Assembly (NCBI GenBank): GCA_964514305.1
Contig: CAZEQD010000001.1
Span: 27,181-91,180 of the forward strand
Length of the DNA: 64,000 nucleotides
DNA from: an uncultured Eubacteriales bacterium
Lineage (GTDB): Bacteria; Acidobacteriota; Aminicenantia; Aminicenantales; Aminicenantaceae
Direction of reading: 5' to 3'
Part shown: in pieces, positions 48,123-56,031 of the stretch
Numbering within the stretch: the first letter of the stretch is position 1
How the letters are laid out: the number at the start of each line of letters is the position of its first letter
Program-made: the position numbers and the translations under genes
The notes under the pieces: generated by a model
What the model saw: only the letters and a program-made list of their open reading frames with translations
What the model was told of the DNA's origin: nothing
The model's database searches: none

Positions 48123-49018
48123 TAGATTCTTTCGGCTGCCCTTAGTTTGGCTGACCTGGCTCTAAAATTGAGAGAAATTTCTTCCGTTGTAGGGACTACC
48201 GGCTTTTTGGTTAAAATTTTGAGCAAAGGCTGAGTATTTACTCCAGAGGCTAGCTCGGCCAGGGTATGTTTAATTATTCTGTCTTCTAAGGAGTGAAAAG
48301 AAATAGCTACTAATCGTGCTGAGGGAGGTAGCTTGTTGATTATTTTTATCAAAAAGTTATCAAGACCCTTCAACTCATGATTAACCTCGATACGCAAGGC
48401 TTGAAAGACTTTAGCGGCCGGATGGATTTTACCTTTTTGGGGTCTTGAAGGACATATTTTTTCCACAAGGCGACGTAGCTCGGTGGTTGTTTCTATTTTT
48501 TTGATTTTTCGCTGGCGGACGATTTCTTTAGCCAGTTTTTTTGCCTGTCTGAATTCGCCATATTCTAAAAAAAGCTGGGCAAGCTTATGTTCTGGATATT
48601 TATTTATTAATTTTGAAGCGGTGACTTTGTGACGTAAATCCATTCTCATATCGAGTGGTCCTTCTTGATTGAAGCTGAATCCCCTTTGGGGAGAATCAAG
48701 TTGGAAAGAAGAAAGCCCCAGATCAAGGAGTACTCCTCTAATATGGGAGAAATCAATATTAAGATCAGGCAGATACCTGAAATCTGAATGATAGAGTTCA
48801 ACTCTATTGGCATAAGGCTTGAGTTTTTTTTTAGCTAAGAGAAGGGAACTTTTATCGATATCAAAACCAATAAGGAATGCTTTTGGATTCCTTTTTACGA
48901 TTTGTAAGGCATGGCCAGCAAGCCCCAGAGTACAATCGACATAAATTCCCTCTCTGGCTACAGCCAAATAGTCCATTACTTCTTCTAAAAGGACAGGAGT
49001 ATGAACGCCTGTAGTCAT
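48122..49018 (-). CDS. rsmH: 16S rRNA (cytosine1402-N4)-methyltransferase RsmH (MraW)
   Basis: MTTGVHTPVLLEEV..., GVYVDCTLGLAGH, LLDLGLSSFQLD. Confidence 0.9.
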   Translation of the reverse strand: MTTGVHTPVLLEEVMDYLAVAREGIYVDCTLGLAGHALQIVKRNPKAFLIGFDIDKSSLLLAKKKLKPYANRVELYHSDFRYLPDLNIDFSHIRGVLLDLGLSSFQLDSPQRGFSFNQEGPLDMRMDLRHKVTASKLINKYPEHKLAQLFLEYGEFRQAKKLAKEIVRQRKIKKIETTTELRRLVEKICPSRPQKGKIHPAAKVFQALRIEVNHELKGLDNFLIKIINKLPPSARLVAISFHSLEDRIIKHTLAELASGVNTQPLLKILTKKPVVPTTEEISLNFRARSAKLRAAERI

Positions 49019-49482
49019 TTATTTTTTTCCTGAGGGAGGAGCTCGGCCATATTTTCAAAATCTTCATTGGTCAGAGGCTTTTCTTCTAGGGCTTCATCAA
49101 GAATGTCTTTGTTCCAGATTTCCAGATGATTGGAAAGACCAATAACTTCGACTTCGTCCTCCAATTTAGCTTTTTCTCTCAGTGATTGATTAATTAAGAT
49201 CCGGCCTTTAGAATCTATATTGTATTTCATTCCCTTTCTGTTGACTCTAAGCATGAATTTCCTGACCGTGGGCTTAAGATGAAGGGCTCCTTCATTGGCA
49301 ATGCCCGTTAACTCTTCCCAGACAGAAAGGGGATAAACTTGGACTGCTTCATCAGTTAGAGAAGTTATAAAAAGTTCTTTTCCGTATTCCTCTTCAATGG
49401 CTGCTCGAAATTTTTCCGGAATTTTAATGCGGCCGCTCTTATCAAACCTGGCTGAATAACTTCCAATTAACGAATTTCCCAC
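49015..49482 (-). CDS. mraZ: Transcriptional regulator MraZ
   Basis: Two DxxGR repeats (FDKSGRIKIP / IDSKGRILIN). First gene of the dcw operon. Confidence 0.85.
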   Translation of the reverse strand: MGNSLIGSYSARFDKSGRIKIPEKFRAAIEEEYGKELFITSLTDEAVQVYPLSVWEELTGIANEGALHLKPTVRKFMLRVNRKGMKYNIDSKGRILINQSLREKAKLEDEVEVIGLSNHLEIWNKDILDEALEEKPLTNEDFENMAELLPQEKNK

Positions 49483-49680
49483 TTTGTCCCGTTTCGTCCC
49501 GTTTTTTCCTAAAATATATGGAAGAAATAAACCAATGTCAAGAAAAAAATATAAAAAAAATCCATTTATTTTTTTTATTTTCTATATTTTTCCATATATA
49601 GTAGAGACCTAGGCTTAAGCACTATATTTGGCACGAGAAAAAGCGGGAAGATTAATAAGGGAAGGGAAAAAGATTTTTAT

Positions 49681-49941
49681 TCAGAGCTTTTCTTTTTGGG
49701 TCAGGAGTTTTTTGGCTAAGGAATAGTTTTTTTCAGTAACCAATATCTTTATTTCCCCTAGTCCATCAGCTGAAAAAGGATGTACAGATTGGACCACCTG
49801 TCCCCGGAAAAGGCAGGAAATACCATGACTTTCCAAAAAACTTTTTATGACCTCAGCCTCTGCTGGTCCCCAAACCTTGCAAATTTCTCTCAGCTGGGTC
49901 TCCGGTTCTGACTTTTGCTTTTGTTCTTTTTTTCTCTTCAT
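49681..49941 (-). CDS. DUF2007-like small protein (putative signal-transducing protein)
   Basis: 86 aa. ...AEAEVIKSFLESHGI..FRGQ..SVHP pattern resembles DUF2007. Confidence 0.45.
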   Translation of the reverse strand: MKRKKEQKQKSEPETQLREICKVWGPAEAEVIKSFLESHGISCLFRGQVVQSVHPFSADGLGEIKILVTEKNYSLAKKLLTQKEKL

Positions 49942-50038
49942 CCCTATCTATCTAATTTATGGCCAGTAATAATATAATTTCTGCTCTTATAATTCAACCT
50001 TAATCTGCTTGGAGAAAAGCCCTTTTTATGCTCTTTCC

Positions 50039-50344
50039 TCAGTCATTTTCCTCTTCTTCTAAGTCAGTAATGTTTCCTGACTGAAAAAGATAAGTTTTTA
50101 ATTCTTTAGCCATAGCTTGATCATTTCGTCTAATCCATTCCAGAATCATGGCCGCATGTTCTTTTTCTTCATCTCTGTTATGGGCTAATATTTCTTTTAA
50201 CTCTTTATTGTCTGTAGCATCTACTCGCTGTTGATACCAGTTGATGGCTTCTAATTCTTCAATCAGAGAATTTAAAGCTCGATGGAGATCTACTGTTTCC
50301 GGGCTGAGTTTATCAATTGATTCGTGATAGATACCTCCTCCCAT
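50039..50344 (-). CDS. Encapsulated-ferritin-like (EncFtn/Flp family) mini-ferritin, without recognisable encapsulin targeting peptide
   Basis: 101 aa. ELEAINWYQQRVDAT...ILAHNRDEEKEHAAMILEWIRRND matches the EncFtn E..Y / E..H di-iron motifs as I recall the family. Acidic C-terminus LEEEEND. Confidence 0.55.
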   Translation of the reverse strand: MGGGIYHESIDKLSPETVDLHRALNSLIEELEAINWYQQRVDATDNKELKEILAHNRDEEKEHAAMILEWIRRNDQAMAKELKTYLFQSGNITDLEEEEND

Positions 50345-50785
50345 TTATTCCTCCTTATTTTTTATATTTTTGTTTCTTTTTTGTTGGAAATAGTCTTTTA
50401 AAATTTGCTGGTGGTCAAAGGCAAGGGGAAAGTTGATTTCTTCAGGGGCAAAAATACCAATTTGTTGAGCATCGTCTGCAGCTTTGGGTTGGCCTTGAGC
50501 TTTGGCTACATAAACGGTCGAGATTGTATGCTGGCGAGGATCCCGCTGCGGATCAGAGTAAGTATGGAGCTGGTATAAAAGCTTCACATCAAGAGATGTT
50601 TCTTCTTTTGCTTCCCTTACCGCAGCTTGTTCTAAGGATTCTCCATAGTCAACAAATCCTCCCGGGAGGGCCCACCCGTAAGGAGGGTTTTTCCTTTTAA
50701 TGAGAACAATTCCCTCCTTTCCCTCTTCTCTTTCCATCTCAATTATAATATCCACTGTGGGGATTGGATTTTTATATTTTTTCAT
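50345..50785 (-). CDS. Nudix hydrolase
   Basis: Nudix box [24 protein letters not shown]. Confidence 0.8.
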   Translation of the reverse strand: MKKYKNPIPTVDIIIEMEREEGKEGIVLIKRKNPPYGWALPGGFVDYGESLEQAAVREAKEETSLDVKLLYQLHTYSDPQRDPRQHTISTVYVAKAQGQPKAADDAQQIGIFAPEEINFPLAFDHQQILKDYFQQKRNKNIKNKEE

Positions 50786-50922
50786 TTTTGATGGCTTATA
50801 ATCAACTTAGAAAAAGACTTCGATTAAGGCCTTTATATTTGAGGTTCGAGTTTAAAATTTTATTTAAAAGTCTTAGTTCAAAGCCAGCCTATAATTTCCA
50901 ATTTATTTTGTGATAGCTGGTT

Positions 50923-52029
50923 TTAATCTCTTAGTTTAAATTTTTTATCCAGTTTTTCGAGTGTTTGGACAATACCGCCATACTCCAGCTCACTATAAGG
51001 AAGCATAGCTGCTCCTGAAAATCCTTGTCTCCTGATGGCCGTGGCCTTTTCAGAAATTTTAGTACGGACATAATCCCAGTAGGGGTGGTCGAAAACATCA
51101 GCCGGTTCAGTTAATTTACCATCTTTGACACAAAAGGCAGCTCCAGTAACTACAGGCGGACCATCGAAGAAGGAAATGGTAGTGTTCAGCTTACAAGGCA
51201 TCAGAGGTCCATTATGGCTTCCTCTCATAAACCCGGCCACAAAATGTCCGATATGAAAAGGAGCCAGAACTTCTCCTGTAGCGGGAAATTCACCCTGGAC
51301 CCGGACTAAAGCCACCGGATCGTCTTTGCCTGTATATTTACCAGCAATATTGTGTAAACGAGTGGTCGAAATAGCTACCGCTTTATTGCCAGTCCGGCGG
51401 GAATAAATGCTTTCAATGACGTATCTTTCATTGTCCCGGAGAAGGGCAGCAATGTCATACAGATCTTCAGGCGCATTAAGTTCGATTATTTTATCTTTTT
51501 CTGTGTAGGCCACATCTATGATGTGAAAGCTGAAGCCATCACTCATTTTTGGGCTTAAAATTAAGCCGGCACAGTACATAGGATCAGCAAAAGCCAGGTA
51601 GAAGGGTAAATTATAAGCACCTGGATCAGTTTTATCAGCCGCAAAAAAGACAAAGGGCTCATTGGGACGCTCTTCAAATTCCATTTCAGCTACAGCAGGG
51701 CCCATGCCTTTTATGTTGCCGCTGAAGGCGTCTTTCAATAGATCCTGGCCAGCTCCATAAAGGCCTTGTTTTTTGGCCATAGCTGTCCCAGCCAGGAAAG
51801 CATCCCAGGCCAATTTATGAATCTTTTCGTCCAGTCGACCTCTTTCATGAGTGCATAAAATAGCGATGTCGTCACCAGTATGACTGAGATAGAAATCGAT
51901 TAATAAATTTTTGCCATTTTCCTGGATGAAATTCCTAACTTCATTGATCAATGCTTGGCTGGGAGTTATATGACCTCCAATGCTTCCAACATCAGCTTTT
52001 AAGACACTAAGTGTTATTTTCATAAACAC
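50923..52029 (-). CDS. fbp: Bifunctional fructose-1,6-bisphosphate aldolase/phosphatase (class V FBPase)
   Basis: KITLSVLKADVGSIGGH and AFLAGTAMAKKQGLYGAGQDLLKDAFSGNIKGMGPAVAEME closely parallel the archaeal FBP aldolase/phosphatase family. About 368 aa, as expected. Confidence 0.85.
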   Translation of the reverse strand: MFMKITLSVLKADVGSIGGHITPSQALINEVRNFIQENGKNLLIDFYLSHTGDDIAILCTHERGRLDEKIHKLAWDAFLAGTAMAKKQGLYGAGQDLLKDAFSGNIKGMGPAVAEMEFEERPNEPFVFFAADKTDPGAYNLPFYLAFADPMYCAGLILSPKMSDGFSFHIIDVAYTEKDKIIELNAPEDLYDIAALLRDNERYVIESIYSRRTGNKAVAISTTRLHNIAGKYTGKDDPVALVRVQGEFPATGEVLAPFHIGHFVAGFMRGSHNGPLMPCKLNTTISFFDGPPVVTGAAFCVKDGKLTEPADVFDHPYWDYVRTKISEKATAIRRQGFSGAAMLPYSELEYGGIVQTLEKLDKKFKLRD

Positions 52030-52114
52030 CTCCCCTTAAATTATTAAATTTTTTTTTAAGATATCTTATTCTAATTTGTTTTTCGTCTGAAAGTCAACCT
52101 TTGTCTGTGAATTC

Positions 52115-52307
52115 CAGGTGGGGTCAGACCTTCATAAGTTTCATAACTTTAATTTTTACAATAATTGTAATAACTTTTGTCCCCTACAGACCGACGAAAT
52201 ATATCAATAGAGAAGCATAATTTATGAAACTTATGAAGGTCTGACCCCGTCTGCTGACTATTATATGTGTATATTACCCACTTTTCGTCAAAGAGCCCCT
52301 TTGTCTT
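52115..52307. repeat. Dispersed repeat element, copy 2 (27-bp perfect inverted repeats 52120-52146 / 52222-52248)
   Basis: Same element as 26158-26324, with an ~18-bp insertion in the tail. Same orientation. Confidence 0.85.
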
Positions 52308-52378
52308 CTTTAGGATACAATTGCTAAAAAAGAGAGGACAAAAATTGAGATAAAACCGCAATTTTTACTATAGAAATT

Positions 52379-52395
52379 TGGCATATATATTGCAT
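52379..52395 (+). promoter_or_regulatory. Candidate sigma-54 (-24/-12) promoter TGGCAT-N5-TTGCAT
   Basis: tTGGCATatataTTGCAt has GG and GC separated by exactly 10 nt and matches the TGGCAC-N5-TTGCW consensus. It lies 48 nt upstream of ATG 52443. Confidence 0.45.
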
Positions 52396-52442
52396 ATATA
52401 TTTGTATATTTTGAAAGAATAATATAAAATAATTATCAAGAA

Positions 52443-54518
52443 ATGCAGATGAACTTAAAAAGGACAAGCTTCATAGTTTTGTTGGCTGTTTTTTCTTTGC
52501 TGCCAGCTCTCCTTTTGGCTAATTCCAATTATGACTATGTTTATTCTCCCAAGACTGAAATATATTTTGGCCACATAAGCTACAGCGAAGTTATGAATGA
52601 TGGTCAAGACCCCGTCGTTTTAAGAGAAGGGAAAAAAATACCTGAAGTAGCGGTTTTAAACCTCCCCTTAACAACAGGAGATGTCATTATAACTCCGGCC
52701 AAGCGGAGATGTGAAATTCAGTTTGATACAGGGACTATAATCAGGCTTGATCACAATACTGAATTAAAGATTGAAACTATTCTGGCTCAGAGCCTTAGTT
52801 CACGAAAGAAGTTAACTAACCTTATTCTTAAGAAAGGACAAATTTATGTTATGTACAAGAAGTACAATTCTCGAGAGCTATTCCAGGTGATAACAACTAA
52901 GGCAGCAGTCAAAATGGACCATAAAACAGTAGCGATTGTCCAGGCCGGTTTGGATGGTCAAACAGATATCCAGGTTAAGCTGGGAAAAGCTGAAGTCTTA
53001 TATGGAGCTGACGAAGAGCATCTTCATAAAAAAAAGATTAAAAAACTGCAGAGACTGACTGTTTCCCCCAGTGACCAGATTACTTTGGGTAAGTATGAAC
53101 CTGAGATTGATTTTGAACTCTGGAATAAGGTTATAAATGAAAAATTTAAGACACTTCATCAAGGACAAAGTTTTCTACCCCAACCTATCCAGAAATTGCC
53201 CCCAGCAGTTTTTTATTTTGCTCAGAAATACTCTAATGTTTATGGTGAATGGGTCTGGAACAGTCTCTACGGTTATGTCTGGCGTCCTAACTATAATGAT
53301 TATTATCCTTGGGGGAGATGGCAGCCTTATTTTTATGGTCAGTGGAGAGAGATTCAAGGGCAGCTCTTCTGGGTGCCTGAGGAAAGCTGGGGTTGGGTTC
53401 CCTATCATTTGGGCCTCTGGCTCTGGGACAAAAAATACGGCTGGATATGGCTGCCGGGCTCTGCTTTTGCTCCAGCTTGGGTAGCTTGGAATTTTTACAT
53501 GGGCTACTATACCTGGAGACCTTGGACGCTCTGGGATTGGTGTGGCTATTATTACCCAGATTATTATTTAAGCAGTGCTTATGATTATTACTATTATGCT
53601 TATCCTTATGATTACTGGCAGTCAGCATATTACAGGCAACCTGAAAATCAGAAAGGCCAGAAAATTCTTCATGTAATCCGCAAAGATCAATTGCAAAGAA
53701 AAGAAAACCCTCCCTATCCTCTTCCCAAAAGTTTTAAAAAGGCCTACCAGAATTTTGCTAATGCTTTAAAGAAAAATGATGAAAGGGCAATTTCCCTATT
53801 GAAAAAGATACCTGAAGGCATAATTGTGGTCAAAACTAAAGACCTAAATACTCCTCACCTTCAGAAGGTATCTCTGGGATTAGAGCAAATTTCAGGAGAT
53901 GTAAAAAACCTGAAGATTTCTACCAGGCCCAAGTTAAAAGGTTGTGATTTGACTCCTTATAGAAAAGCAGTTGGTGACTTCAAAAGGAATGCCATTATCT
54001 CAAAATTAAGGAAATATGTGTTTTCCTCCTTTTCAAATAAGAAAAAAACTGCATTCTCTAAAACAAAAATTTCTTCAGCTAAGCCTGAAGCAAGCTTTGA
54101 ATGGAGGACAATTCCTTTTAGCAGCAGTAAATTCATGCCTCAAACTGCAGGAAAAGAATTTCCAGCCAAAGTTGGTTCTTTATCTCAGAGACCCATTCAT
54201 AGAGCTCCATCGATTCGCCTCAGGGATTGGAATCCTGATGTGAAAGTAGCCCAGAAGATAGGGGTAACCATAAATTATGACAGTCCCTCTAACGAAATAA
54301 GATGCCCTTCCTTGGGCCTTTCTTCCAAAAATGTAGCTGTATCCAGATCTGGCGTCAGCCTGAGAAGTGGATTTTATTCTGCTGGAGGAGGTTTTTATTC
54401 ATCTTCTGGGGGTGCAGGAGGAAGTCAAGCTTTACCTGGTTCTCATAGAGGTTCTTCGGGTTCGCATTTCAGCTCCGGTAGCAGTGCCAAAAGTGGGAGC
54501 AGACCCAAGAAAAATTAA
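52443..54518 (+). CDS. Secreted FecR-like protein with Trp/Tyr-rich low-complexity region and Ser/Gly-rich C-terminal tail
   Basis: Signal peptide. FecR-like beta region (VIITPAKRRCEIQFDTGTIIRLDHNTELKIE). Residues ~270-400 are 35-40% W+Y. C-terminus GGFYSSSGGAGGSQ...SGSS. Confidence 0.6.
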   Translation: MQMNLKRTSFIVLLAVFSLLPALLLANSNYDYVYSPKTEIYFGHISYSEVMNDGQDPVVLREGKKIPEVAVLNLPLTTGDVIITPAKRRCEIQFDTGTIIRLDHNTELKIETILAQSLSSRKKLTNLILKKGQIYVMYKKYNSRELFQVITTKAAVKMDHKTVAIVQAGLDGQTDIQVKLGKAEVLYGADEEHLHKKKIKKLQRLTVSPSDQITLGKYEPEIDFELWNKVINEKFKTLHQGQSFLPQPIQKLPPAVFYFAQKYSNVYGEWVWNSLYGYVWRPNYNDYYPWGRWQPYFYGQWREIQGQLFWVPEESWGWVPYHLGLWLWDKKYGWIWLPGSAFAPAWVAWNFYMGYYTWRPWTLWDWCGYYYPDYYLSSAYDYYYYAYPYDYWQSAYYRQPENQKGQKILHVIRKDQLQRKENPPYPLPKSFKKAYQNFANALKKNDERAISLLKKIPEGIIVVKTKDLNTPHLQKVSLGLEQISGDVKNLKISTRPKLKGCDLTPYRKAVGDFKRNAIISKLRKYVFSSFSNKKKTAFSKTKISSAKPEASFEWRTIPFSSSKFMPQTAGKEFPAKVGSLSQRPIHRAPSIRLRDWNPDVKVAQKIGVTINYDSPSNEIRCPSLGLSSKNVAVSRSGVSLRSGFYSAGGGFYSSSGGAGGSQALPGSHRGSSGSHFSSGSSAKSGSRPKKN

Positions 54519-54667
54519 AAACGTAAATTCCAAAAAGCTAAATTTCTCAGCTTGGCTCGAACCGTCTAAAATTTTCATAGAAAGGAAAAATTTTCAGCTA
54601 TAAATAACAGTATTTCCAAAATTCCTGTAGTTAATATTTAGCAGTGAGTTTTATAAGCTTTTGCTTC

Positions 54668-55969
54668 TCACGGTTTTGGAAATGATTCCATTCTGAATAA
54701 GGCTAAAGGTGTTTGGAGAAAAAAGCGGTAGAGATTAGCTTTGGCCTTAAACTCTTGAAAATATTCTCGTCTTAAAGGATTAACTGGTTTGAATCTCCAA
54801 GCTAAAGGATTGATATATTTCCCTCTGTATCTAATCCGATAATCAAGATGAGGACCAGTCGATTCTCCAGATGAACCGACAAAGCCAATAATTTGCCCAC
54901 CTTTGACTTTGGCTCCTTTTCTTATACCCTTGGCATAATTTCTAAGGTGGAGATAAAGAGTTTCATAAGCCTGGCTATGACGGATTTTAATCATTCGGCC
55001 TGAAGCTCCATTCCAACCGACAAAAGTGACTATTCCATCAGCAGTTGCCTGGACAGGAGTCCCTACTTTAGCTGCATAGTCAACCCCATAATGGGGTCTG
55101 TAAATTTTGAAGATAGGATGGAGCCTTCTGAAGCTGAAACAGGAAGTGATGCGGGCAAATTTTATAGGTGACTTAAGAAATTCTTTCCTTAAAGAATTTC
55201 CTTCTAAGTCAAAATAGTCTGACTCTCCACTGTCAGGATAAGTATAGCGGTAAGCCTCAAATGTTTTTCCTTGATTAGTGAAAGATGCTGCTAAGATGTG
55301 ACCGTAACCGACAGATTCACCCTTTAAATATTTTTTTTCAAAAATAATTTTGAAGGAGTCACCTGAGCGAAGATCTGTGTAAAAGTCGATATCCCAGGCG
55401 AAGATCTCAGCCACAGAAAGAGCCAAATAATCCTTTTCCCATTTTTGATTCACGGCCTCAATTAGATTATCATTAATTGTCCCCCAGATCATTCTTGGTT
55501 TTGTAACCACCGGAAACTTCTTTATGTCCGCCTGATAACCATCTTTTTTGGTTTGAATAAGAAGATAGTGTTCAGGATCAATATCGTATTCTAAGGAGAT
55601 AAATTCTTTCTGGGGAGAAAAATAAAGACGGACTTCATGTCCAGCTTTTATTTTAGCCAGATCGTAAACAGGTTTCGCCTTTTTGCTTAAAATACCAATT
55701 GCTACCGGAGTAAAATTATAAGAGCTGAGGATGTCAGTCAAAGTCATTCCATTTTTTATGATTATTTTTTCTTCTTGGAGAGGATTTGAGGGCACCTCTT
55801 TAGGAATATTTAACTCAGTTGGCTTGGCCTTTATTGTCTGGCAAGAGTGCTTTTTATAAAAAAAGCTCAACCATAAAAAAATAATGAAGAGAGCAATTAT
55901 AAAGAACAATAAAAAAATTAATTGGGCCTCTTTTCTTTTTTTGGCCACTTTTATTTTTATTTTTCTCAT
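54668..55969 (-). CDS. M23-family peptidase (LytM-like), membrane-anchored
   Basis: N-terminal TM. HYGVDYAAKVGTPVQATADG and YLHL motifs of the M23 peptidase family. Confidence 0.8.
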   Translation of the reverse strand: MRKIKIKVAKKRKEAQLIFLLFFIIALFIIFLWLSFFYKKHSCQTIKAKPTELNIPKEVPSNPLQEEKIIIKNGMTLTDILSSYNFTPVAIGILSKKAKPVYDLAKIKAGHEVRLYFSPQKEFISLEYDIDPEHYLLIQTKKDGYQADIKKFPVVTKPRMIWGTINDNLIEAVNQKWEKDYLALSVAEIFAWDIDFYTDLRSGDSFKIIFEKKYLKGESVGYGHILAASFTNQGKTFEAYRYTYPDSGESDYFDLEGNSLRKEFLKSPIKFARITSCFSFRRLHPIFKIYRPHYGVDYAAKVGTPVQATADGIVTFVGWNGASGRMIKIRHSQAYETLYLHLRNYAKGIRKGAKVKGGQIIGFVGSSGESTGPHLDYRIRYRGKYINPLAWRFKPVNPLRREYFQEFKAKANLYRFFLQTPLALFRMESFPKP

Positions 55970-56031
55970 TTTTAATTCGGGTAATTATTGAACCAGAGCC
56001 TATCTTAAAATGCAACCCTGAGATTGTTATT

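Noticed and set aside
50836-50850. GGTTCGAGT T-loop-like motif (and GGTTCGATACC on the minus strand near 61365-61380) as possible tRNA or tmRNA
   Set aside because: No flanking 7-bp acceptor stem, D-arm, anticodon stem or CCA-compatible end could be folded. The surrounding sequence is AT-rich promoter DNA.
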